From assembly GCA_900767835.1 (NCBI GenBank), contig CAAGAO010000025.1, forward strand, positions 15,977 through 79,976: a DNA stretch of 64,000 nucleotides, read 5' to 3'. This document shows positions 24,284 through 33,133 of this stretch, one piece after another. The DNA is from Clostridia bacterium (lineage in GTDB: Bacteria; Bacillota; Clostridia; Christensenellales; UBA1242). The notes beneath the pieces were generated by a model that saw nothing but the letters and a program-made list of their open reading frames with translations, was not told where the DNA came from and searched no databases. Each line of letters opens with the position of its first letter. Positions within the stretch are counted from its first letter, which is position 1. The position numbers and the translations under genes were made by a program.

Positions 24284-26782
24284 ATGAAAAAGATATTTAT
24301 AATTGATGGCAATAGTTTAGTTAATAGAGCATTTTATGCCTTGCCTTTGCTTGCGAATTCGGAAGGTGTATACTCAAATGCAGTGTTTGGTTTTGTAAAT
24401 TGTTTGGTAAAATTAATTTCCGAAAATAATCCAGATTTTTTAGTGGTTGCCTTTGACCATGCTCGCAAAACTTTTAGAAATGAAATTTTCGCAGATTATA
24501 AAGGAACACGCAAAGAAACACCAACCGAATTAAGACCTCAATTTGCAATTTTGAAAGATATGCTTTTGTCAATGGGCATAAAATGTATCGAACAAGAAGG
24601 CATAGAAGCCGATGATATTATTGGCACAATTACGAGAAAGTCTGGCATAGAAAACTACATAATTACGGGTGATAGAGATTCTTTGCAACTAATCAACAAA
24701 ACAACCAAAGTGTGGCTTACTCAAAAAGGTATAACCGACATTAAAGAAGTAAATTTAGACAACATTCAGGAACTATATTCACTTTCTCCAGAGCAAATTA
24801 TAGAGTTCAAAGCTTTGGCTGGTGACTCATCTGACAATATTCCAGGAATCTTAGGCATAGGCGAAAAAACGGCAATAAATCTTTTAACTGAGTATAAAAA
24901 TGTTGACAATATATATAATAATCTTGACAAACTAAAAGGTAAACAACTAGAAAAAATTGAACAAGGCAAAGAGTCGTGCTATATGTCAAAAGCCTTGGCA
25001 ACAATTAAAACCGATTGCGATATAGACTTTAATTTAGATGATTGCATTTATGATTTTCCATTTAGTTTAAATGTTAAAGAGCAGTTTGTAAAATATAATT
25101 TTAAAAGCCTTTTAAATAGAAATATATTTAAACAAGAAGAAATGGCAACTGCTAACCAAACAGAAGAAATTCTTTTAAATGATAAGCAGTTTAAAGATTT
25201 GATGAAAACCAAATTTAATACTTTTTCTTTCAATTTTGATGAGAACTTTAAGTTTTGCATAAATGGAAACCTTTATGTTGTGAAAAAACTTGAGATGGGA
25301 TTTGCAGATGAACATTTCTTTATTGAATACATATTCAGCATAATAGAAACAATATTAAAGGACAAAAACATATTAAAAATTGTCGCAGACTTAAAAGCAA
25401 ATATGCACAAATTTAAAACTGTACAAATTTTGAATGTGTTTGATATAAGTCTTGCAAATTATTTAATAAGCGGTGGAAATAAACCAGAGATATATGATGA
25501 TTGCTCAAGGTTTGTTGAAATATATAAAGAGCAAGAAAATAGGTTAAATGTTGATGGTATGTCAAACTTGTACTATAACATAGAACTACCATTAGAGTAT
25601 GTTTTATATAATATGGAACAAGAAGGTTTTGCTATGGATAAACAAGCCCTTTATAGCCTAAAAGATAGTTATAAAGTCGAAATGGAAAGTTTGGAACAGC
25701 AAATAAGAGCATATTCATTAAACCTAGACTTTAACCCAAAATCTCCTAAACAAATAGGTCAACTTTTGTTTGAAGATTTAGGGCTTTCTGATAGATATAA
25801 TAAAAAACACTCAACCAATATAGATGCATTAACTGGTTTATATGATTTGCATCCAGTTGTACCTTTAATTATAAGACACCGCAAGGTTACAAAATTATAT
25901 ACTACATATATCGAACCATATATTCAAATGGTAAATAATAATGACAAATCAATTATATATACAATTTTTAATCAAACACTAACATCAACTGGTAGACTTT
26001 CATCTAGCGAACCAAATCTTCAAAACATTCCAGTTAGAGATGAAGAAGGTAAAGCACTTAGAAAAATGTTTATTTCGCGTTTTGATGGAGGGAAATTAAT
26101 ATCTGCCGATTACAATCAAATTGAATTAAGGTTGCTTGCAAATTTTTCTAATGATGACAAACTAATTAGTGATTATAACAAAGGTACAGACATTCATCGT
26201 TTAACCGCGTCACAAATTTTTGGTATTGCACCAGAAAATGTAACCGACCAAGAACGAAGAATGGCAAAAGCGGTTAATTTTGGCATTATTTATGGAATTT
26301 CAGGGTACGGACTTGCAAAAAATATAGATATGCCAGTAAAAGATGCTAAAATGTATATAGAATTATATTTTGAAAAATATCCCGGTGTAAAAGCATATTT
26401 AGATGGACTTATAAATTTTGCAAAAGAGCAAGGTTATGCTAAAACTTTACATGGTAGACGCAGATATATTCCAGAATTAAAAAGCAATAATGGACTTCAA
26501 AGACAATTAGGCGAACGCATAGCAATGAATATGCCACTTCAAGGCTCAGCAAGTGATATAATTAAAATTGCAATGATTAATGTGTATAATCGCTTTAAAA
26601 AAGATAATATTAAAAGTAAGTTAATTCTTCAAATACATGACGAGTTAATTGTTGATGTCTACCCAAATGAAGAACAAATTGTTAAAGATATTTTAACTCA
26701 AGAAATGCAAAAAGCCTACATATATAAAGTACCACTTATTGTTGGAGTTGGTGAAGGCAAAACATGGTACGATTGCAAATAG
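24284..26782 (+). CDS. polA: DNA polymerase I
   Basis: 5'-nuclease N-terminus, pol motifs ADYNQIELRLLA, RRMAKAVNFGIIYG and QIHDELI. Confidence 0.95.
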   Translation: MKKIFIIDGNSLVNRAFYALPLLANSEGVYSNAVFGFVNCLVKLISENNPDFLVVAFDHARKTFRNEIFADYKGTRKETPTELRPQFAILKDMLLSMGIKCIEQEGIEADDIIGTITRKSGIENYIITGDRDSLQLINKTTKVWLTQKGITDIKEVNLDNIQELYSLSPEQIIEFKALAGDSSDNIPGILGIGEKTAINLLTEYKNVDNIYNNLDKLKGKQLEKIEQGKESCYMSKALATIKTDCDIDFNLDDCIYDFPFSLNVKEQFVKYNFKSLLNRNIFKQEEMATANQTEEILLNDKQFKDLMKTKFNTFSFNFDENFKFCINGNLYVVKKLEMGFADEHFFIEYIFSIIETILKDKNILKIVADLKANMHKFKTVQILNVFDISLANYLISGGNKPEIYDDCSRFVEIYKEQENRLNVDGMSNLYYNIELPLEYVLYNMEQEGFAMDKQALYSLKDSYKVEMESLEQQIRAYSLNLDFNPKSPKQIGQLLFEDLGLSDRYNKKHSTNIDALTGLYDLHPVVPLIIRHRKVTKLYTTYIEPYIQMVNNNDKSIIYTIFNQTLTSTGRLSSSEPNLQNIPVRDEEGKALRKMFISRFDGGKLISADYNQIELRLLANFSNDDKLISDYNKGTDIHRLTASQIFGIAPENVTDQERRMAKAVNFGIIYGISGYGLAKNIDMPVKDAKMYIELYFEKYPGVKAYLDGLINFAKEQGYAKTLHGRRRYIPELKSNNGLQRQLGERIAMNMPLQGSASDIIKIAMINVYNRFKKDNIKSKLILQIHDELIVDVYPNEEQIVKDILTQEMQKAYIYKVPLIVGVGEGKTWYDCK

Positions 26783-26788
26783 CCTCTA

Positions 26789-26867
26789 GCGGAAGTAACA
26801 TTTTGCAGTCCGCAAAATGTTTGAAATTGCTTTTGCGATTTTGTTTGCCTTCGGCAAACACTTCCGC
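26789..26867. repeat. nested-hairpin element, copy C
   Basis: Outer stem GCGGAAGT / ACTTCCGC. Inner hairpins: AACATTTTGC-agtcc-GCAAAATGTT, GAAATTGC-tttt-GCGATTTT (2 G-U pairs on the + strand), GTTTGC-cttcg-GCAAAC. Confidence 0.8.
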
Positions 26868-26940
26868 CATTTAGTTACATAAGCAAACTATGGAGATTAC
26901 TAAGCATTAATAAAATAGGATATATTTAAAATATCACAAA

Positions 26941-28215
26941 ATGGAGCAAACAATGAAAATAAAACAATATAAAAGCGGGCTAAGATTAGTTGTAAACAAC
27001 AAAGATGATTCAGAAATAATATCTTTTAGAATCTTTGTAAATGTTGCATCAAAAGATGAAACAAAAGAAGAATACGGCATTGCACACTTTTTGGAACATA
27101 TGTTTTTTAAAAGCACTGACAAACATTCATATCAAGAACTTGCAAATTTGTTTGACGAACTAGGCATACAAAAAAATGCTTACACTGGGACATATAACAC
27201 ATGCTATTATTTTAAATGTTTAAAAAATGTATACGAACAAAGTATGCAATTGTTTTCAGAAATGTTTTTTAATTGCACCTATAACAAAAAAGAAATAGAG
27301 AATGAAAAACTAGTCATTTTGGAAGAATACAAAATGGGGAATGATGACTCTCAAAAAAAATGTATATTAAATGCTTATAGTTCACTTTTTAATGGTACTT
27401 GCCTAGAACATGATGTTATAGGGACACCAAAACATATAAAGAGTTTTACGGCAGATATGTTAAAAGACTTTAAACAAAAACATTATTTGCCACACAAAAT
27501 AGTAATATCAGTGTCCGGTAATGTAACTTTAAAAGAAGTGGAAACTTTACTGAAAATATACTTTGCTCCACTTTTTGATGGCGAATATAAAGAGAAATAT
27601 AAAAAAGCGGACTTAATAGAAGTAAAACCAAAAAATAAGTTTATCTTACAAAATAAGGATAACGAGCAGTCTATAGTGTATATCTTAACCGACCTTGGCA
27701 AAAAAACTAACAAACAAATGTACGCCTTTGACCTTTTGTTCGCAATTTTAGGCTACGGAATGAGCAGTAAGTTTTATAACATCATTCGTGGAGAAAAAGC
27801 CCTTGTATATAATATTGATGCTGACACTTCATCAGTTGGCGGTAATAACTTTGCAGAAATAATGTTTGCAACATCTAACGATAAAGTATGTGTCGCACTA
27901 AATACAGTGTTAGATATTTTAAAATCTTGTAAAGATGGTGACATAACTAACGAAGAACTTGAAAAATCAAAAAATAAATATATTGCGGGAATTATATATT
28001 CCAACGAAACAAATGGCGGAATCTCAATGCGTAATGGTGCTGATTTAATAAACGATAATAAAATTGACTCTCAAGCACAAATTGTGCAAGATATAAGAGC
28101 GGTAACCTTAAAACAAGTAGTAAATTGTGCAAATGAGTTTTTTGCTCAACAAAACTATGTAGTATCAGCAATAGGTAAATGCAATAAAAAAGACTTGCAA
28201 TGCTATAAACATTAA
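26941..28215 (+). CDS. M16 family (pitrilysin-like) zinc peptidase
   Basis: HxxEH motif in GIAHFLEHMFFKST. About 420 aa, two-domain size. Confidence 0.8.
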   Translation: MEQTMKIKQYKSGLRLVVNNKDDSEIISFRIFVNVASKDETKEEYGIAHFLEHMFFKSTDKHSYQELANLFDELGIQKNAYTGTYNTCYYFKCLKNVYEQSMQLFSEMFFNCTYNKKEIENEKLVILEEYKMGNDDSQKKCILNAYSSLFNGTCLEHDVIGTPKHIKSFTADMLKDFKQKHYLPHKIVISVSGNVTLKEVETLLKIYFAPLFDGEYKEKYKKADLIEVKPKNKFILQNKDNEQSIVYILTDLGKKTNKQMYAFDLLFAILGYGMSSKFYNIIRGEKALVYNIDADTSSVGGNNFAEIMFATSNDKVCVALNTVLDILKSCKDGDITNEELEKSKNKYIAGIIYSNETNGGISMRNGADLINDNKIDSQAQIVQDIRAVTLKQVVNCANEFFAQQNYVVSAIGKCNKKDLQCYKH

Positions 28216-28312
28216 TTTTAAAATTGAAAAATTTTTAATGAATATCAGTTTTGCTTGAATATACCTTCGGTGCATTCAGACAAAACTTCCGATAATATAA
28301 ACTAAATTTAAA

Positions 28313-28349
28313 AAATAAACGAAAAAGTCAAACCTTTTCGTTTATTTTT
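28313..28349 (+). terminator. intrinsic terminator after the M16 peptidase gene
   Basis: AAATAAACGAAAA / TTTTCGTTTATTT 13-bp stem, 9-nt loop, T-rich 3' side. Confidence 0.6.
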
Positions 28350-28391
28350 ATTGCCATTTGAAACGACATAATGAGATAATAATTCAATAAT

Positions 28392-28421
28392 TTGACAAAG
28401 TTTGCTTCTCTTTGCTAAAAT
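28392..28421 (+). promoter_or_regulatory. candidate sigmaA promoter immediately upstream of engB
   Basis: TTGACA (28392-28397), 18-nt spacer, TGcTAAAAT (28413-28421). The -10 ends 6 nt before the engB ATG. Confidence 0.5.
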
Positions 28422-28427
28422 GCGAAT

Positions 28428-29009
28428 ATGATAATTAAAAGTGCAACATATTTAACCAGTGTGGTTAATAAAGAAAATATTTTAAATGACGGTATAGATT
28501 TCGCTTTTGTTGGCAGAAGTAATGTAGGCAAAAGTAGTTTAATTAATAGTTTAGTTAATCAAAAAAAATTGTGTAAAACAAGTTCTACTCCTGGCAGAAC
28601 AAGAATGATTAATTATTTTTTAATCAATAACGAGTTTAGATTTGTAGATTTGCCGGGCTATGGTTATGCACAAGCAGGTAAGGAACATAAACTTATTTGG
28701 GCAAACATTATGGAAGATTATTTAGTTAACACAAAAGCATTAAAACGAGTATTTATGTTGGTTGATGGCAGAATTGCCCCCACAGAACTTGATGTAAGAA
28801 TGTTAAAGTTTTTATTTTACTATCAAATTCCAACAACCATAATTGCCACCAAATGCGACAAGTTGCCAAAAAGCAAAATTACTACATATATGCAAGACAT
28901 TGCAAAAAAATTGAATGTTGGTAAAGATAATATTTTGCCTTATAGTAGTGAAAATGGTTTCAATAAAGATAAGGTCTTATCCATAATTGAGCAAGACTTA
29001 AAAGACTGA
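28428..29009 (+). CDS. engB: ribosome biogenesis GTPase EngB (YsxC/YihA)
   Basis: FVGRSNVGKSSLINSL, DLPGYG and TKCDK motifs. 193 aa. Confidence 0.9.
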   Translation: MIIKSATYLTSVVNKENILNDGIDFAFVGRSNVGKSSLINSLVNQKKLCKTSSTPGRTRMINYFLINNEFRFVDLPGYGYAQAGKEHKLIWANIMEDYLVNTKALKRVFMLVDGRIAPTELDVRMLKFLFYYQIPTTIIATKCDKLPKSKITTYMQDIAKKLNVGKDNILPYSSENGFNKDKVLSIIEQDLKD

Positions 29010-29044
29010 CTAAAAATTGTATATATATTCATGATATATATGAC

Positions 29045-29109
29045 AAAAAGTCTAAATTCAAGAAAAAGACAAATATTGTTGTCTTGTCGCTTAAATTTAG
29101 ACTTTTTTT
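29045..29109 (+). terminator. intrinsic terminator after engB
   Basis: 14-bp stem AAAAAGTCTAAATT / AATTTAGACTTTTT with an internal hairpin, then a T-run. Confidence 0.65.
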
Positions 29110-29274
29110 GTGTTTAAAGTTGAGAAAGCAAACAAAATATCTTACAAATTATCTTTATAATTATTCTAATATATCTTTTGTAATTAAATAAGCAATCTAG
29201 TTTTAAATTTTATTTGCCTAAATTGGTTTACATAGTGTATACTTGTATAGTAAAAACTAAAAATAGGAGATTTT

Positions 29275-29847
29275 ATGCAAAACGAAGAACAAATTGAAGA
29301 GTTAGAGTTGGTTTATGCTGATGATTTAGAAAAGGCTTATAACCACCTTTTAGATGAATATCAAGTAATTAGAGCGGGCAGAGCCAATCCACACATTTTG
29401 GATAAAGTTATGGTTGAGTACTATGGAGTTATGACACCAATCAATCAAATGGCAAACATTCAAGTGCCAGAGGCAAGAATGATTGTTATTAGCGTTTGGG
29501 ATAGTTCACAACTTAAAAATGTGTCTAAAGCAATTTCTATGGCGGACTTAGGTGTTAATCCAACTGATGACGGCAAGGTTATTAGACTGGTATTCCCACC
29601 ACTAACTGAAGAACGCCGTAAAGATTTGGCAAAACAAGTCAAAAAACTTTTAGAAGAAACAAAAGTTGTTATGCGTAATGCAAGACGCGATATTTTAGAA
29701 AAGTTTAAAGCACTTAAAAAAGACGGCAAAATTTCTGAAGATGAATATGCAGGGCTAGAGGCTAATGTTCAAAAGAATTTAGACAATATGTGTGCTAAGG
29801 CAGACAAAGCATCTGTTGACAAAGAAAAAGAGATAATGGAAATATAA
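29275..29847 (+). CDS. frr: ribosome recycling factor
   Basis: RAGRANPHILD...V.YYG..TP..Q.A.I.VPE...LVI pattern. 190 aa. Confidence 0.95.
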   Translation: MQNEEQIEELELVYADDLEKAYNHLLDEYQVIRAGRANPHILDKVMVEYYGVMTPINQMANIQVPEARMIVISVWDSSQLKNVSKAISMADLGVNPTDDGKVIRLVFPPLTEERRKDLAKQVKKLLEETKVVMRNARRDILEKFKALKKDGKISEDEYAGLEANVQKNLDNMCAKADKASVDKEKEIMEI

Positions 29848-30053
29848 TGCAAGAGTATATTGGTGAAAAATTAAGCATTGTTATTAATAATTTGTCTAAA
29901 TTAGGCATTAAATATAAAGTAGTGGACAATAATTTTAGTGTTTTAGGTGATGAGAAACTTGTCACAAACATATATACACAAGATGATACTGTTGTAATAG
30001 TTACAGGCGATTTTATTTTTGATGTAAGGAATAAAAGCAATGAAAGTAAATAA
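29847..30053 (+). CDS. small hypothetical protein (68 aa) with a PASTA-like sequence pattern
   Basis: Its ATG overlaps the frr TAA by 1 nt and its 3' end overlaps the uppS start by 14 nt. IGEKLSIVINNLSKLGIKYKVVDN...DEKLVTNIYTQDDTVVIVTG resembles a PASTA-type fold pattern. Confidence 0.4.
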   Translation: MQEYIGEKLSIVINNLSKLGIKYKVVDNNFSVLGDEKLVTNIYTQDDTVVIVTGDFIFDVRNKSNESK

Positions 30054-30738
30054 AAAGTTAAATCATCTTGCTATAATAATGGACGGCAATGGTCGTTGGG
30101 CAATAAAAAGAGGTAAACCAAGACTTTTTGGACATAAAGCGGGCATTGAGAGCTTTAAAAGAGTAATTAAAGCGTGTGGCGAGTTAGGAATTAAAGTGCT
30201 ATCCGTTTTTGCGTTTTCAACCGAAAACTGGACAAGACCAAAAGAAGAAGTTGACGGCATAATGAATCTTATTACAGAATTTTGTGAGCAAGACTTAGAT
30301 AATGCAATCACAAATGGTGTTAAAGTTGTGACAATGGGTGATTTGTCAAAATTACCACAAAGGCTACAAGATACATTAAATAATGTCATTGAAAAAACTA
30401 AAAATAACGACAAATTAACATTAAATATTGGCATAAACTATGGTGCAAGGGCAGAGATTTTAAGAGCGGTTAATAATATAATAAAAGACGGCATAATTGA
30501 TTGTGATGAAAAAACTTTTAATAGTTATTTATATACAGCAAATCTCCCTGACCCAGATTTGATAATTCGAGCAAGTGGCGAAAAAAGATTATCTAATTTT
30601 ATGCTTTATCAATGTGCATATAGCGAATTTTATTTCCCTAAAGTTCATTGGCCAGATTTTAACAAAAAGGTTATAGAAAAAGCAATAAAAGTTTACCAAA
30701 AACGCAATAGGCGTTTTGGTGGACTAAAAAACAACTAG
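30040..30738 (+). CDS. uppS: undecaprenyl diphosphate synthase
   Basis: HLAIIMDGNGRWA and RLSNFMLYQCAYSEFYF motifs. Confidence 0.95.
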   Translation: MKVNKKLNHLAIIMDGNGRWAIKRGKPRLFGHKAGIESFKRVIKACGELGIKVLSVFAFSTENWTRPKEEVDGIMNLITEFCEQDLDNAITNGVKVVTMGDLSKLPQRLQDTLNNVIEKTKNNDKLTLNIGINYGARAEILRAVNNIIKDGIIDCDEKTFNSYLYTANLPDPDLIIRASGEKRLSNFMLYQCAYSEFYFPKVHWPDFNKKVIEKAIKVYQKRNRRFGGLKNN

Positions 30739-30746
30739 GAGAAAAA

Positions 30747-31697
30747 ATGAAAACAAGAGTTTTAACAGGTTCAGCATTATTAGCATTTATGGTTTTGCTT
30801 TTTTTTACAAAATCAGTAACAACATATGTTTTTGATGCATTTATTATTTATATTTCAGTTGTAGGCGGGTTAGAAATGTCTAACTTACTTACAAAAATTG
30901 GTTTTTATAATAGTAAATTAGCAATAGGAATTTATCCTTTGCTTTCTTACGGTTTATTTAAACTTTGTGCATATTTGCAATTATCTTTATATTTAATTTT
31001 CGTGTTACAAGTTGCACTTTTAATCTTGACTGCAGGTGTGGTATCTTTCATTTGCTTAGTATCTAAAAAACGCAGTGACAACGAAATAAAAACAAGAAAA
31101 ATTAATTGCTCGGTTGAACAATTTTCAATGTTTAAAGGTGTTCAAACGCTTTTTGCTTTAATTTATCCTGCATTTATAATCAATCTCTTATTGTATGTAA
31201 ACAATATCGAAGGTTTAAAATATGTGTTCCAAAGTGCAGGAGATTATGCATATTTAGTTTCATTCTTCTTACTTGCATATGTGTTTATTATTCCTATTTT
31301 TGTGGATACTTTTGCAATGCTAACAGGTTCACTTTTAAAGGGTAAAAAACTATGCGAAAAAATAAGTCCAAACAAAACAATTTCTGGTGCTATAGGTGGT
31401 CTTGTTTGGGGAATTATGGCATCTGTTGCAATGTTCTTTATATTCAATTCAATAGATAAATTCCGCGTTATGTTTATCGCAATTAATCTAACTTGGTGGA
31501 AAATGCTTATTGTTGGCATTATATCATCAGTTCTATGTCAATTAGGTGACATATTTGAAAGTTTCTTAAAACGCAAAGCAAATGTCAAGGATAGTGGTGA
31601 TTTATTGCCTGGTCATGGCGGTATTTTAGATAGAATTGATAGTCATATAGCAAATGTCTTGGTTACTTTTGTATTTACTTTAATTATCTTACTATAA
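30747..31697 (+). CDS. cdsA: phosphatidate cytidylyltransferase
   Basis: Signature SFLKRKANVKDSGDLLPGHGGILDRIDS. Polytopic protein. Confidence 0.85.
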   Translation: MKTRVLTGSALLAFMVLLFFTKSVTTYVFDAFIIYISVVGGLEMSNLLTKIGFYNSKLAIGIYPLLSYGLFKLCAYLQLSLYLIFVLQVALLILTAGVVSFICLVSKKRSDNEIKTRKINCSVEQFSMFKGVQTLFALIYPAFIINLLLYVNNIEGLKYVFQSAGDYAYLVSFFLLAYVFIIPIFVDTFAMLTGSLLKGKKLCEKISPNKTISGAIGGLVWGIMASVAMFFIFNSIDKFRVMFIAINLTWWKMLIVGIISSVLCQLGDIFESFLKRKANVKDSGDLLPGHGGILDRIDSHIANVLVTFVFTLIILL

Positions 31698-31718
31698 AAA
31701 ATTAAAAGGAGAGTTATA

Positions 31719-33044
31719 ATGCTACTTGCAACCTTTGGTTCAGTAATGATGAATATTTTGTATATTGTTATTGCCATTGTGGTTCTATTAACAATGGTCT
31801 TAATTCATGAACTTGGTCACTATATTGCCGGTAGAATATTAGGTTTTACCATTACAGAATTTTCTATCGGTTTTGGTAAAGTTTTGTGGCAAAAAACAAA
31901 TAAAAGGGGTGAAAAAATCTCTTTAAGATTATTTCCGCTTGGTGGCTTTTGTGCTTTCTTGGGCGAAAACGATGATGAACCTAAAGATGATGAGAATGTA
32001 AAAAAAGACAATGAAGCCCAAAATAATGACAACGATATAAATATTGTAGATACCGAACTTGTAAAAAAAGAGTCAACAACTTGTGATAATTGCGGTTTTA
32101 CTTTTGAAGGAAAACAAACGGTTTGTCCTAATTGTAATTCGGCCATTGAAAACAAAAATATAAATGAAGTCAAAACCAAAAATTTAAAAGAAGAAACACC
32201 AACTTTAACCGCAAATATCAACAGCCAAGAACAAAATGGTGTAATGTTTACCGACCAAAAACCTTGGAAACGCATAATTGTATTTTTAGCAGGTGTTACT
32301 TTTAACTTTTTGTCTGCCTTTATCTTTGCGATAATTTTCCTTTGTGTAGGGGCATATGATGGTTATAAAATGTCACCAACTGAGAGTTATAACATTAATT
32401 TATATAATGCTAATACTGGTAATATTGAACGACAATTAACTGAAAATACAATAGTTTACGCAATTAACGGAACAGAAATCAATTATGCACGCGGTAAAGT
32501 CTTTGCTTCTCTTGTTCCTAATGATGCCGAATATATAATATTGACAATAGATGGCTCTGATGGTCAAAAAGTAGATGTTAAACTTGTTCGTGAACAATTA
32601 GACAAAGATGGAAATAAGATATTTGGAATAAACTATTCCACTTGTCGTATATCATACAACTTTGGTGATGTTTTAAGAGATTTTATACCATTTACACTTA
32701 ATATCTCAGTATTGATTTTACAAGCGTTTTGGCAAATATTAACAGGGCAAATTGCTTTAAAAGAATTAGGTGGTCCTATATCAACCATAACTCAAATGAC
32801 GCAAGTTGCATCTTATGGTGTTGCTAATTTCTTATATTTGTTACCATTACTTGCAGCCAATTTGGCAATATTCAATATTTTGCCAATACCGGGTTTAGAT
32901 GGAGCCCATGTGGTATTTACTACAATAGAATGGATACGTGGCAAACCTATCAAACGAAGTGTTGAAAATGCTATACATGGTTGGGGTATCATATGTTTAT
33001 TTGCTTTTGTTATTATAATAGATATAATACATCTCATCGCCTAA
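31719..33044 (+). CDS. rseP: RIP (site-2) zinc metalloprotease RseP/RasP family
   Basis: HELGHY in TM1, a PDZ-like middle region, NILPIPGLDG near the C-terminus. Contains an unusual acidic/zinc-ribbon insertion. Confidence 0.85.
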   Translation: MLLATFGSVMMNILYIVIAIVVLLTMVLIHELGHYIAGRILGFTITEFSIGFGKVLWQKTNKRGEKISLRLFPLGGFCAFLGENDDEPKDDENVKKDNEAQNNDNDINIVDTELVKKESTTCDNCGFTFEGKQTVCPNCNSAIENKNINEVKTKNLKEETPTLTANINSQEQNGVMFTDQKPWKRIIVFLAGVTFNFLSAFIFAIIFLCVGAYDGYKMSPTESYNINLYNANTGNIERQLTENTIVYAINGTEINYARGKVFASLVPNDAEYIILTIDGSDGQKVDVKLVREQLDKDGNKIFGINYSTCRISYNFGDVLRDFIPFTLNISVLILQAFWQILTGQIALKELGGPISTITQMTQVASYGVANFLYLLPLLAANLAIFNILPIPGLDGAHVVFTTIEWIRGKPIKRSVENAIHGWGIICLFAFVIIIDIIHLIA

Positions 33045-33133
33045 ATAATGTAGTTTACAACCCCAAAATTTGAATTGCTATTCTGAATCTTATGTATTAG
33101 ATATTATTAAGTGCACTGGCAAACGGAGAAAAA

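Noticed and set aside
31820-32275. 151-aa minus-strand ORF
   Set aside because: It is antisense to rseP. It arises from the low-complexity acidic insertion on the sense strand.
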